A stretch of DNA of 64,000 nucleotides from Sphingobacteriales bacterium (GTDB lineage: Bacteria; Bacteroidota; Bacteroidia; Chitinophagales; JADIYW01). The DNA lies in contig JADJYT010000016.1 of the NCBI GenBank assembly GCA_016719635.1, positions 829-64,828 on the forward strand, in the 5' to 3' direction. Positions 1 to 8,609 of this stretch are shown in pieces. The translations under genes and the position numbers were made by a program. The notes beneath the pieces are model-generated. The model made no database searches, was not told where the DNA came from, and saw only the letters and a program-made list of their open reading frames with translations. Every line of letters begins with the position of its first letter. The stretch's first letter is position 1.

Positions 1-403
1 CAGCCAAAGTGGTGAAATTACTTGTTAACCGGTCTACAGAATGATTAAGTAAATAAGGAACATAGGAAACACTGGCAAAAGAAATATTTTTATCAAATCC
101 AAAACCATGTAAATACGTGCGCATTTTCTTCATAATTGAAGTTAACCTTCCTGTGCATTGAGGGTCAGTCATTCCGTTCAGTACTTCCGACATTGCAACA
201 CGGATTGACTTCCCTGCTTTCGCACAGCCACCAAATTCTGACATATTTTCTCGTGTACGTTGAAACTCTGGTGCTGTTTTAACTTGTGTATCGGTTGGAC
301 CGCCAGCCATGCCGGCGAAAAATCCTTCTTGGCCTTTGATTTTAAAATGTCTGATGTCGCCGATGGTACCGACATATTTTAAGGGACCTTTTTGTTTTGC
401 CAT
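1..403 (-). CDS. conserved hypothetical protein, N-terminal part (the ORF runs off the left edge of the window)
   Basis: I translated the minus strand by hand from the ATG at 403-401. It reads MAKQKGPLKYVGTIGDIRHFKIKGQEGFFAGMAGGPTDTQVKTAPEFQRTRENMSEFGGCAKAGKSIRVAMSEVLNG... and stays open to position 1. It is missing from the ORF track because it has no stop inside the window. The listed 178..375(-) ORF is in another frame and is probably spurious. Confidence 0.5.
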   Translation of the reverse strand, partial: MAKQKGPLKYVGTIGDIRHFKIKGQEGFFAGMAGGPTDTQVKTAPEFQRTRENMSEFGGCAKAGKSIRVAMSEVLNGMTDPQCTGRLTSIMKKMRTYLHGFGFDKNISFASVSYVPYLLNHSVDRLTSNFTTLA

Positions 404-496
404 GTTTTATAAATTTTTATTGTTTGTAAACAATGATTATCATTGTAAAATTATTTCTTAATTAATTGATTAGCAAATAATTAAAAAAGCAAAGAG

Positions 497-988
497 ATGT
501 ATTTTGATGCAAAGAAACCAATTAGAATGCACACACACCATAGAATCAAATTTGTTGTGGATGGTGACGGTGTTATCGTGTATAATATTTTTAACAAAAA
601 AGAAACAGAAATCCGTTTATTGGGAATTGATGCACCGGAAATAAAAGACTGCAAAAAACTAAGACAGGACGAAAGAGAGCTTCATGTTCCTGGTCAATTA
701 TTAATAGAGTTAGGTCATTTGTCCAAAAACTATTTGCATAATTTATTACCAAAAGAAACTGATATTACATTCATTACAGAAATAGATAATGAGATAGATC
801 CTATTGGAAGAACTCTTGCCTATGTAATAAATAATGAAGGCATATGTATTAATGAGAAGTTGATTTTGGATGGTTTTGCAAAACCATATACAAAATACTA
901 TTGCAGCAAATTAGAAACTTATCAGAAACTGAACTTCAAGGCAATGCACCAAAAGAAAGGACTTTACTCTTTTTTGCACAATTTTTAA
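497..988 (+). CDS. thermonuclease (staphylococcal nuclease, SNase-like) family protein
   Basis: It carries the motif RLLGIDAPE followed by ...GRTLAYV..., typical of the SNase fold, and is 163 aa long. The gene and its flanks are visibly AT-rich compared with neighbouring genes. Confidence 0.65.
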   Translation: MYFDAKKPIRMHTHHRIKFVVDGDGVIVYNIFNKKETEIRLLGIDAPEIKDCKKLRQDERELHVPGQLLIELGHLSKNYLHNLLPKETDITFITEIDNEIDPIGRTLAYVINNEGICINEKLILDGFAKPYTKYYCSKLETYQKLNFKAMHQKKGLYSFLHNF

Positions 989-1067
989 AATGTTTACCCT
1001 ATGTTTACCCCAAAACGAAAAAAGCGACGTAACTCATTGATTTACATCGCTTTTTGTGTGTTAAAAG

Positions 1068-1141
1068 TGGTCCCGCATGGGCTCGAACCATGGACCCCCT
1101 GATTATGAGTCAGGTGCTCTAACCAGCTGAGCTACAAGACC
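1068..1141 (-). tRNA. tRNA with CAT anticodon (elongator tRNA-Met most likely; tRNA-Ile2/lysidine not excluded)
   Basis: The reverse complement is GGTCTTGTAGCTCAGCTGGTTAGAGCACCTGACTCATAATCAGGGGGTCCATGGTTCGAGCCCATGCGGGACCA. The 7-bp acceptor stem is GGTCTTG/CGGGACC with two G-U pairs. The D-loop is AGCTCAGCTGGTTAGAGC, the anticodon loop is CT-CAT-AA and the T-loop is GGTTCGAGCC. No CCA is encoded. Confidence 0.88.
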
Positions 1142-1218
1142 GATGAATCAACGATTCATAAAATTGGAGTGCAAATGTACATTATTAGTTGGAATTTTAA
1201 AAACCTGCCACCAATTTT

Positions 1219-2316
1219 CTAAAAATCGTATATAGTCGCCAGCACGGTCTCTCCCACTGCCTGCAATGTTTGTTTATCGATGATCTTCATATTATCATCG
1301 TGCGTATGCCAGTGCTTCGGAAATCCGCTACGGGTCTGGTAGGTCCTGTTGATAATGTCAATCGTCGGAATATTCGTGAGCTGGTTGATGTAGAAATGGT
1401 CGTCAATGATCTGGCCGGTCATTTCCTTTACAAAAAAGCGGCCATACCCCAGGGCCCCGGCGTTCTTCCAGACCTGTTTCATGAATGCCGGCGCATATTG
1501 CATCGATACACCCTCGTAGGTAAAAGTGGCACCCCCTGCTCCGACCATATCCAGCAGGATGCCGTTCTCCGCCCTGTAATTCGGCACATGCGGATTTTTA
1601 CACCAGTACTGTGTTCCGAGGCAATAGAAGTCGCCTTGTTTTTGGTCGAGGTCATATTCGGGCTGGCCATAATCCTCCACATCCAGAAAAACCAGATCGA
1701 CTCCGATTTCCGGATTCTTTTGCTGCAGCTGGCGGGCAATCTCCAGCAAAACGGCAGACCCGCTGGCTCCGTCATCCGCCGCCAGAATAGGCTTTCCCAC
1801 GGCGCTGTCATCCTGGTCGGCAAAAGGACGTGCATCCCAGTGTGTGCAGATCAGCAACCTTCTTTTCACCGCCGGATTATAAGAGGCAATGACATTGATA
1901 CAAGGGACAGATTTGCCGTTGTACACCACCACATTGGTTTTCTGCATGATTACACCTGCACCGTATGCTTTTAATTTTTGTTCAAAATAAACCGCACATT
2001 TTTGTTGCGCGGATGTTCCCGGAACACGCGGCCCGAATTCGAGCTGTTGCTGTATAAACAGATAGGCTGAGTCGGAAGAAAATGCAGGTTTGACAATTTT
2101 GTTTTCTTCAACGTTCTCTGTGGCCTGACTATTCTCCCGATTTTGCTTACAAGCAGAAAAACTGATTATCAGTGTTAGTATTAATCCTCCCCTTAATCCC
2201 CTCCAGAGAGGGGGAACAGCAAGTGCAACCCTTTTTCGGAAAACCGATTTTATAGTTTGTCTTGATTTCGGGAACTGCGGACTGCGGACTGCGGACTGCG
2301 GACTAATTGACTTCAT
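1219..2316 (-). CDS. M28-family glutaminyl-peptide cyclotransferase-like lipoprotein (Bacteroidota type II QC)
   Basis: It has the zinc-ligand context HWDARPFADQD, ADDGASGSAVLLEIARQL, FLDVEDYG and ILLDMVGA, plus IIDDHFYIN. The lipobox is LIISFSAC. The only in-frame start is the ATG at 2316, which overlaps the cysS 3' end by 14 nt. Confidence 0.75.
   Translation of the reverse strand: MKSISPQSAVRSPQFPKSRQTIKSVFRKRVALAVPPLWRGLRGGLILTLIISFSACKQNRENSQATENVEENKIVKPAFSSDSAYLFIQQQLEFGPRVPGTSAQQKCAVYFEQKLKAYGAGVIMQKTNVVVYNGKSVPCINVIASYNPAVKRRLLICTHWDARPFADQDDSAVGKPILAADDGASGSAVLLEIARQLQQKNPEIGVDLVFLDVEDYGQPEYDLDQKQGDFYCLGTQYWCKNPHVPNYRAENGILLDMVGAGGATFTYEGVSMQYAPAFMKQVWKNAGALGYGRFFVKEMTGQIIDDHFYINQLTNIPTIDIINRTYQTRSGFPKHWHTHDDNMKIIDKQTLQAVGETVLATIYDF
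2186..2230. repeat. solo copy of the GC-hairpin repeat unit that is arrayed at 45895-46390
   Basis: cctccccttaatcccctccagagagggggaacagcaagtgcaaccc aligns by eye to cacccctcaatcccctctcaagaggggaagccgtaagtgctattc from the array. It contains the hairpin CCCCTC-CAGA-GAGGGG and lies inside the QC signal-peptide coding region. Confidence 0.6.
2275..2302. repeat. perfect heptanucleotide tandem repeat (CTGCGGA)x4
   Basis: It reads directly as ctgcgga ctgcgga ctgcgga ctgcgga. It starts immediately after the cysS stop codon and lies within codons 5-14 of the QC ORF on the minus strand. Confidence 0.95.
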
Positions 2317-3793
2317 ACGTCGTTCCCTCCTTGCTGTCTTTGATTACAATGCCGGCGTCTTTCAGTGCATCGCGGATTTTGTCGGAAGTCGTCCATTCTT
2401 TATTTTCCCGGGATTGCTTGCGGATGTCAATCACCAGCTGCATCACTTTATCCAGGGCATCATTATTGCCTGATACCGAATCGTCCTGAAGGCCGAGCAC
2501 ATCGAACAGGTAGGCATTGTAGGTGGACAGTAACAGGTTAAATGTCTCTTCAGCTATAGTGCTTACTTTCTTACCATCATTATAATAAATATTGATTTGC
2601 GAGGCAATCTCATGTAAGGTTGCGACCAGCCTGGGCGCGTTAAAATCATCATCCATCACCTCTTTACATTGAACACATAAGTCTTGAATGAGTTTATCCT
2701 GCTGTTCATCCGTCTGTGCGGCGGCGTATTTCAGTTCTTCCAGATATTTGGCGGCATTAAGCATTTTTCTCAGCCCTTTTTCAGCATCCTGCAGGCCTTT
2801 GATGGTAATGTCCAGTTCGGAAGAATAGTGCGATTGCATAAACAGGAAACGTACCGTCATGGCCGAATACGGTTTGTCGAGCAGCGGATGATCACCGGTG
2901 ATAAACTGCATCGGCAGGATGGAATTACCCAGGGATTTGCTCATCTTCTGCCCGTTGAAATTGAGCATGTTGGTATGCATCCAATAGCGCACCGGCTCAT
3001 TGCCGCAGGCGCCCACGTTCTGTGCTATTTCGCATTCGTGGTGCGGGAATTTCAGGTCCATTCCACCCGCGTGGATGTCGAATTGCTTGCCGAGGTATTT
3101 GGTACTCATCACGGAACATTCCAGATGCCAGCCGGGAAAACCGCTGCCCCAAGGGGAGTTCCACTGCATGATATGTTCCGGCGAAGCCTTCTTCCACAAC
3201 GCGAAATCTATCGGGTTGCGTTTCTCATCCTGCCCGTCCAGATCGCGGTAGCCCGCCACCAGCTCATCGATGTTTCTGCCCGATAACTTTCCGTAGTTAT
3301 TGCCTTTTGAATTGTAGGCGTTCACATCAAAATACACGCTGCCGTTCGACTCGTAGGCCACGCCGTTGTCTATCAGCTGTTGAGCCATTTCTATCTGCTC
3401 CACGATATGACCGGTAGCCGTTGGCTCTATAGTGGGAGGCAAAATATTAAACAGGCGGCATACTTCATGAAAACCTACGGTATATTTCTGCACGATTTCC
3501 ATTGGCTCCAGCTTCTCCAGTTTCGCCTGATCTTCCATGCGGTTCTTGCCTTCGCCCTGTTCATTGGTCAGGTGGCCGGCATCGGTGATGTTGCGCACAT
3601 ATCGCACTTTATAACCCAGGAATGTCAGGTAGCGATACACCAGATCAAACGAGATGAAGGTACGCGTATTGCCCAGGTGCACATCCGAGTAAACGGTAGG
3701 ACCGCAGCAATACAATCCGACATAGGGCGGATTGATCGGCTCTAACTTCTCTTTCTGTCGGGAAAGCGTATTGTAAATATGTAAATCAGACAT
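2303..3793 (-). CDS. cysS: cysteine--tRNA ligase
   Basis: It has a class I HIGH-type motif (HLGNTRT) and a KMSKS motif (QKMSKSLGN). It is 496 aa and collinear with CysS. Confidence 0.97.
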   Translation of the reverse strand: MSDLHIYNTLSRQKEKLEPINPPYVGLYCCGPTVYSDVHLGNTRTFISFDLVYRYLTFLGYKVRYVRNITDAGHLTNEQGEGKNRMEDQAKLEKLEPMEIVQKYTVGFHEVCRLFNILPPTIEPTATGHIVEQIEMAQQLIDNGVAYESNGSVYFDVNAYNSKGNNYGKLSGRNIDELVAGYRDLDGQDEKRNPIDFALWKKASPEHIMQWNSPWGSGFPGWHLECSVMSTKYLGKQFDIHAGGMDLKFPHHECEIAQNVGACGNEPVRYWMHTNMLNFNGQKMSKSLGNSILPMQFITGDHPLLDKPYSAMTVRFLFMQSHYSSELDITIKGLQDAEKGLRKMLNAAKYLEELKYAAAQTDEQQDKLIQDLCVQCKEVMDDDFNAPRLVATLHEIASQINIYYNDGKKVSTIAEETFNLLLSTYNAYLFDVLGLQDDSVSGNNDALDKVMQLVIDIRKQSRENKEWTTSDKIRDALKDAGIVIKDSKEGTTYEVN

Positions 3794-3797
3794 ACTG

Positions 3798-3805
3798 CAA
3801 AGGTA
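3798..3805 (-). promoter_or_regulatory. Bacteroidota -7 promoter box TACCTTTG for cysS
   Basis: The minus strand reads TACCTTTG-cagt-ATG. This matches the TAnnTTTG consensus and sits only 4 nt from the cysS start codon. Confidence 0.4.
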
Positions 3806-3858
3806 GAAATTAGTAGTGAGTAGTAAGCAGAGACGAATGAGATTTTTATCGCTGTAAT

Positions 3859-3966
3859 TTAATCTTTCTTTTTAGGGCATGATTTGCAGCGCTTGCCATG
3901 TTTATGTTTTTTGCAACATTTTTTCTTAAAGACACACTCCATCCTACAAGATTTAGATATGTTCAT
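3859..3966 (-). CDS. candidate small Cys/Lys-rich peptide (35 aa), not in the ORF track
   Basis: My own translation is MNISKSCRMECVFKKKCCKKHKHGKRCKSCPKKKD*. It has 6 Cys and 13 Lys. A TATATTTG box lies 46 nt upstream at 4012-4019(-). The start codon lies in a perfect 11-bp hairpin at 3955-3980. Confidence 0.3.
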   Translation of the reverse strand: MNISKSCRMECVFKKKCCKKHKHGKRCKSCPKKKD

Positions 3967-4011
3967 TTCTGAACATATCTGATTTTGTAAAAATGTCCAT
4001 TTAAGCATATC

Positions 4012-4019
4012 CAAATATA
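4012..4019 (-). promoter_or_regulatory. candidate -7 box TATATTTG upstream of the small Cys-rich ORF
   Basis: The minus strand reads TATATTTG, which matches TAnnTTTG. Confidence 0.3.
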
Positions 4020-4100
4020 ATGCTCAAACTTAGATTCATTCTAAATAAAATGTTAAATTCATCAGACAGTCTCAAAAATACCTAATCTAGGGTACTTCTG

Positions 4101-4661
4101 TTATTTCACCCGTTTCGGATTGTCCTTTGCAAAGGCTTCCCAGCCGGAATATTTCTTGCCACCAGTTGGCACACCCCGCATAGAGAAATGATGGCACACC
4201 GCTACGGCCAGTCCATCGGTAGCATCCAGCTGTTTGGGCAGCACATCCGTTTTTAAAATATGTCCGAGCATGGCAGCCACCTGCTCCTTGGCGGCATTTC
4301 CATTGCCCGTCACGCTCTGTTTTACTTTCTTCGGCGAGTATTCCTGTATCGGAATTTTCTGGGACAATGCCGCTGCAATCGCCATACCCTGCGCCCTGCC
4401 GAGTTTTAGCATCGATTGCACATTCTTCCCGAAGAAAGGCGCTTCAATAGCCAGTATATTGGGTTTGTACACCTGTATGATTTCCAGCAGCCGGTCGTAA
4501 ATGCACTGCAGCCGGTCGTAATGGTCATCAAATTTTTCGGTATGGATGCTGCCGATTGCCAGCAGTTCCATCGTATTCCCGTCGGACAGAACAATTCCAT
4601 ACCCGGTTACCATAGTCCCCGGGTCAACTCCTAAAATGATGTTTTTCTTTGCATTCGGCAC
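4101..4661 (-). CDS. ruvC: crossover junction endodeoxyribonuclease RuvC
   Basis: The N-terminus IILGVDPGTMVTGYGIV is the RuvC catalytic Asp motif. It is 186 aa with an apparent GTG start. Confidence 0.93.
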   Translation of the reverse strand: MPNAKKNIILGVDPGTMVTGYGIVLSDGNTMELLAIGSIHTEKFDDHYDRLQCIYDRLLEIIQVYKPNILAIEAPFFGKNVQSMLKLGRAQGMAIAAALSQKIPIQEYSPKKVKQSVTGNGNAAKEQVAAMLGHILKTDVLPKQLDATDGLAVAVCHHFSMRGVPTGGKKYSGWEAFAKDNPKRVK

Positions 4662-4729
4662 GCTGTAAAAATAGCAGTTCGCGGATAGTAATCCGCACCG
4701 AGTTATGAATTAATGTGCAAAAAAGCGAT

Positions 4730-4737
4730 TATATTTG
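4730..4737 (+). promoter_or_regulatory. candidate -7 box TATATTTG
   Basis: TATATTTG sits 11 nt upstream of the ATG at 4749. This argues that the membrane protein starts at 4749 rather than 4713. Confidence 0.35.
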
Positions 4738-4748
4738 ACAACTTGGAA

Positions 4749-5717
4749 ATGAAGCGTCTTTTTCAAAACAAACTGCTGAACACGATTATCAAAATCTTGA
4801 TTTTTGGTGGTTTATTATTAGTCTTATGTCATCAATTGTTCGGCAATGAGAAAATTGATATTGCCTACGCACATTTCCTGCTTAATTTTCATGGAAATTA
4901 TCTGATACTATTCACTGTAATGCTGTTTATGCTGGCAAACTGGGGAATAGAAAGTGTTAAATGGAAATTACTGATAGAGAAGCTGCATCCTATTTCCTGG
5001 CTGGATGCTGTAGAAGGGATTTTATTCGGTGTCACTTTTTCCTTATTTACACCCAGCCGAATAGGAGAATTCGGAGGCAGGGTATTCGCCCTGAATACGG
5101 AACGCAAGGAAGCCATTGTATCCACCATTCTGGGTAGTCTGGCACAGATTGTGGTCAATCTCTCCATAGGCGCCCTGGGTTTGCTGTTGTATGCTGTCTT
5201 TTTCGAAAATATCGACTCCTATCTCCTTTTCGCGTTTGTATTTATTTATTTGCTGATGGTGGCTGCGGTGCACTTCTGCTTTTACAATCTCGATGTGGTC
5301 AGCAATAAATTTTCCAATTTCCCCCTTTTAAAAAAAGCCTACAAATACATTCACATCATTGATTTATACAATAACAAAGATTTCCTGAGGCTGGAAATGT
5401 TATCCCTTATACGTTATGGGATTTACTGCCTTCAATTTGTGCTGCTGCTCAAGTTTTTCGGATTCAAAATACCTGCCTCCACTGCCATGGTTCTGGTGGC
5501 GGCCATCTTTTTCGTCCAAACCATTAACCCGGTGAATATTGCGTTAATAGACTTCGGATTCAGAGGCAATGTGGCGGCCTATTTCCTGGCGGGATTTACG
5601 GATAATCCCATCGCCATTATTGCCACCACGGTTTCTTTATGGTTTATTAACCTGATTATTCCAGCATTAGTAGGTGGTTTATCGGCCTTGCGATTTAAGT
5701 TTTTTAATGAGGAATAA
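4749..5717 (+). CDS. flippase-like / lysylphosphatidylglycerol-synthase TM-region (UPF0104) family membrane protein
   Basis: It is a polytopic hydrophobic protein with a SRIGEFGGR motif typical of UPF0104. I moved the start from the track's 4713 to 4749 because of the promoter box. Confidence 0.55.
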   Translation: MKRLFQNKLLNTIIKILIFGGLLLVLCHQLFGNEKIDIAYAHFLLNFHGNYLILFTVMLFMLANWGIESVKWKLLIEKLHPISWLDAVEGILFGVTFSLFTPSRIGEFGGRVFALNTERKEAIVSTILGSLAQIVVNLSIGALGLLLYAVFFENIDSYLLFAFVFIYLLMVAAVHFCFYNLDVVSNKFSNFPLLKKAYKYIHIIDLYNNKDFLRLEMLSLIRYGIYCLQFVLLLKFFGFKIPASTAMVLVAAIFFVQTINPVNIALIDFGFRGNVAAYFLAGFTDNPIAIIATTVSLWFINLIIPALVGGLSALRFKFFNEE

Positions 5718-5754
5718 TCCAAACTTTCGTATCTTTCGACTGTAAATCAACAGA

Positions 5755-7272
5755 ATGTCAAATACAGTAACCTTATCAGACGGCGAATTTTCCGGACAGA
5801 CCTCCACCAATGAGACCTATATTGCTGACAACGTGAATGGACATCCAAAACAATTAGCACTCCTGTTTTTTACAGAAATGTGGGAACGTTTCTCATTTTA
5901 CGGCATGCGGGCGTTGCTGGTTTTATTCATGGTACATCAGTTGCATTATGAAGACGCCAAAGCCAACCTGATTTACGGAACCTATACCGCTTTGGTCTAC
6001 CTGATGCCCTTATTTGGCGGGATTGCGGCAGACAAGTTTATCGGATACCGGAAAGCCATTGTTTTGGGCGGTGCATTGATGGCTGCCGGCCATCTGATAC
6101 TTGCCATTCCGACGGAATGGTCGTTTTTTGCAGGTATGGCCTTCTTGATTTCCGGAAACGGTTTTTTTAAGCCCAATATTTCTACTATGGTCGGAAGGTT
6201 ATACCGGCCGGGTGATGCGAGAAGGGATGGTGCATTTTCCATCTTTTATATGGGTGTCAATCTCGGAGCCGCCATCGGCGGATTGATTTGCGGTTACATC
6301 GGTCAAAGCATAAACTGGCATTATGGCTTTGGGTTAGCCGGTATCTTTATGATTGTTGGCTTAATAACGTTCCTGATTGGTAAAAAATCCTTAGGAGAAA
6401 TCGGTCTTACACCCAAAGAGGAAACAGGCAAAGAGGTAGACATGTCCAAACAATTAATGGTATTGGCTGCTTCACTGGCTATTATACCGCTCTTTATCCT
6501 GCTGTTCAACAACTACACCGTCATGAGTAAAATCATGTTCCCGGTTTGTATAGTGGCAACCGTGGGTATGGTGTTCATTGCATTTCAACAGGAAAAAGAG
6601 GCCAGAGATAAAATGTTAGCCGCAATCGTATTGGTGGCATTTTCTGTGTTGTTCTGGGCATTTTATGAGCAGGGCGGTGGTTCGCTGAATCTGTATACGG
6701 AACGAAATGTGAACACCTTCGGGATGCCTGCAGCTGCCATTAACAATTTCATCAATCCATTCTATATCATCCTATTGAGTTTTCCGTTTGCCTGGATGTG
6801 GCTGGCATTATCAGAAAGAGATAAAGAACCATCTACACCAATGAAATTCTCCCTGTCATTCTTTCAGTTAGGGCTCGGGTTTTTTCTGTTTGTAGTGGGT
6901 GCTAAACTGGCCTTAAATGGACAAGTTGGGTTTTTCTGGTATGCATTGGGTTATCTGTTGCTGACTACCGGTGAATTATGTATTTCACCAATCGGCTTAT
7001 CGATGATTACCAAATTATCTCCTACCAAATATACCGGTATGATGATGGGATTTTGGTTTCTGGCATCGGCATTGGGACAACACCTTGCGGGCTGGATAGG
7101 TACACTCATGGCAATTCCGTCTGAAGGTGGTGCTACTACGGTATCGGCCATTGAGTCCTTGGGAATCTACAGCGGTGTCTTTATGAAAATTTTTTATGTA
7201 TCCGCTGCCGGCGGATTGGTAATATTGATATTAGTACCAATCTTGAAACGCTGGTCACACGGTGTAAAATAA
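5755..7272 (+). CDS. POT/PTR2 family proton-dependent oligopeptide transporter
   Basis: It carries the PTR2 signature FFTEMWERFSFYGMRALLVLF. It is a 505-aa multi-TM protein. Confidence 0.9.
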   Translation: MSNTVTLSDGEFSGQTSTNETYIADNVNGHPKQLALLFFTEMWERFSFYGMRALLVLFMVHQLHYEDAKANLIYGTYTALVYLMPLFGGIAADKFIGYRKAIVLGGALMAAGHLILAIPTEWSFFAGMAFLISGNGFFKPNISTMVGRLYRPGDARRDGAFSIFYMGVNLGAAIGGLICGYIGQSINWHYGFGLAGIFMIVGLITFLIGKKSLGEIGLTPKEETGKEVDMSKQLMVLAASLAIIPLFILLFNNYTVMSKIMFPVCIVATVGMVFIAFQQEKEARDKMLAAIVLVAFSVLFWAFYEQGGGSLNLYTERNVNTFGMPAAAINNFINPFYIILLSFPFAWMWLALSERDKEPSTPMKFSLSFFQLGLGFFLFVVGAKLALNGQVGFFWYALGYLLLTTGELCISPIGLSMITKLSPTKYTGMMMGFWFLASALGQHLAGWIGTLMAIPSEGGATTVSAIESLGIYSGVFMKIFYVSAAGGLVILILVPILKRWSHGVK

Positions 7273-7315
7273 AAAGAGTTGAACTAAAAATTGGATATTT
7301 TCGTTATTTAGGTGT

Positions 7316-7777
7316 ATGAGAGGGAAGTTTTTTACCGTTATCGGAATCGTCTTAATCTTTGGATATTTCATCATGGAATCATTCAAAGACCCTTCTGACC
7401 CTACACAAGTGGTGATGATTGGAAATGATACATTAGGTAAAGACTGGGGAGCTCAGGCGGATGCCAGAGACCGGGAGATTGCCCTGCAGAACGGCACATT
7501 GGTGGAAGAAGGAGGAGACGCAGAAAACAACGGACCTGCCAATCACATGGAAAACTCCAATGCTTTAATCAGTGAAAAGGAGGACCCTTATTCCAGAAGC
7601 AAAGTAAATATGAACGACTATTCCAGCATTCAAAACGGCGATGGAAGAGAGATTATTACGGGTGTCAGCACACCGGAAGAGGGAAACAGTTCTAATAATT
7701 ATAATTATTTATCCCGAAGACAACTGGAAAGAGGGGAAAGTAAAATGGAAGAACCCAGTATGATTACGAGGGAATGA
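7316..7777 (+). CDS. hypothetical membrane-anchored protein
   Basis: It has one N-terminal TM helix and then a low-complexity acidic/polar region. Its stop overlaps the next start in an ATGA. Confidence 0.4.
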   Translation: MRGKFFTVIGIVLIFGYFIMESFKDPSDPTQVVMIGNDTLGKDWGAQADARDREIALQNGTLVEEGGDAENNGPANHMENSNALISEKEDPYSRSKVNMNDYSSIQNGDGREIITGVSTPEEGNSSNNYNYLSRRQLERGESKMEEPSMITRE

Positions 7778-8523
7778 AGATAATATCATCCTTGCTAATG
7801 CTTATTGGTTCTCCTGTCCTTCTTATGTCCCTATCTCCTTTTCTGCAATACCAACTTACTTTCCCGAGAGTACAAGCAGCAGCTGGAAAATATGATTCGC
7901 CCCTGAACCAATCATTTAAGGAGAATAACCTGCAGTTTCCGCCCAAACATCTATATCTGAGAGTTTTCAAACAGGAACAGGTGCTGGAAGTTTTCGCCGC
8001 TGACAACTCCACCTACCGGCTCATCAAGACATATCCCTTTGCGGCAACATCCGGAAAGCCGGGCCCCAAAAATAAAGAAGGCGACTTACAGATTCCGGAA
8101 GGGTTCTATCAGGTTGCTCTCTTCAATCCACTCAGTAAGTTTTTGCTATCCATTAAAATAAACTACCCCAACGAGGCGGATAGCACCCGAAATAAGAACC
8201 GGCAAAACTTAGGCGGGGATATCTATATTCACGGGAGCAACAAGACCATCGGATGCATACCGCTGGGTGATGAATCCATTCAGGAATTATACTGGTTGTG
8301 TGTTTCTTCGTTCGCCGCACATCCTGTCATTCCCGTTCATATTTTTCCATGCAGGATGGGAACCAAAAATATGGGAAAAATGAAAAACGCGTATCCGGAT
8401 ATTATACCCTTCTGGAAGTCGCTGGAACCCATGTTTCGATTCTTCGAGTCACACAAATTATTGGGTGAAGTGACAGGAACAGACAAGGAGGGGAATTATC
8501 TGTTGTCCATTCCCTGGGATTAA
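7774..8523 (+). CDS. L,D-transpeptidase family protein (YafK-like)
   Basis: It has KEGDLQIPEGFY and IYIHGSNKTIGCIPLG, the His/Cys catalytic context of YkuD/YafK domains. It also has a signal peptide. Confidence 0.65.
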   Translation: MKIISSLLMLIGSPVLLMSLSPFLQYQLTFPRVQAAAGKYDSPLNQSFKENNLQFPPKHLYLRVFKQEQVLEVFAADNSTYRLIKTYPFAATSGKPGPKNKEGDLQIPEGFYQVALFNPLSKFLLSIKINYPNEADSTRNKNRQNLGGDIYIHGSNKTIGCIPLGDESIQELYWLCVSSFAAHPVIPVHIFPCRMGTKNMGKMKNAYPDIIPFWKSLEPMFRFFESHKLLGEVTGTDKEGNYLLSIPWD

Positions 8524-8583
8524 TTTAATCTCCTATTAATCTAAAATCTTATCCGTTACTGCGTTCGGCTTGGTACTAATGTT

Positions 8584-8591
8584 TATCTTTG
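8584..8591 (+). promoter_or_regulatory. candidate -7 box TATCTTTG for lysA
   Basis: TATCTTTG sits 18 nt upstream of the ATG at 8610. Confidence 0.4.
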
Positions 8592-8609
8592 CATCTCAAA
8601 ATAAGCTTC

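Noticed and set aside
1068-1141. Assigning the CAT-anticodon tRNA specifically as initiator tRNA-fMet or tRNA-Ile2
   Set aside because: It lacks the three consecutive G-C pairs in the anticodon stem and the 1-72 mismatch of initiators. It looks most like elongator Met, but Ile2 (lysidine) cannot be excluded from sequence alone.
1143-1159. Hairpin ATGAATC-AAC-GATTCAT as a terminator of the QC gene
   Set aside because: It has no U-run and directly abuts the tRNA 5' end. The stem is only 7 bp and AT-rich, so the evidence is insufficient.
1270-1974. 234-aa plus-strand ORF and 118-aa minus-strand ORF inside the QC gene
   Set aside because: They are antisense or off-frame to a well-supported M28/QC coding sequence. 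Their composition is low-complexity and they carry no motifs.
2684-3745. Several 66-200-aa ORFs antisense to or overlapping cysS
   Set aside because: cysS is unambiguous, with HIGH and KMSKS motifs. These are shadow ORFs typical of the opposite strand.
8524-8609. Lysine riboswitch upstream of lysA
   Set aside because: Only about 85 nt are available, with a promoter box 18 nt from the start. That is far too short for an L-box, and no conserved L-box helices are visible.
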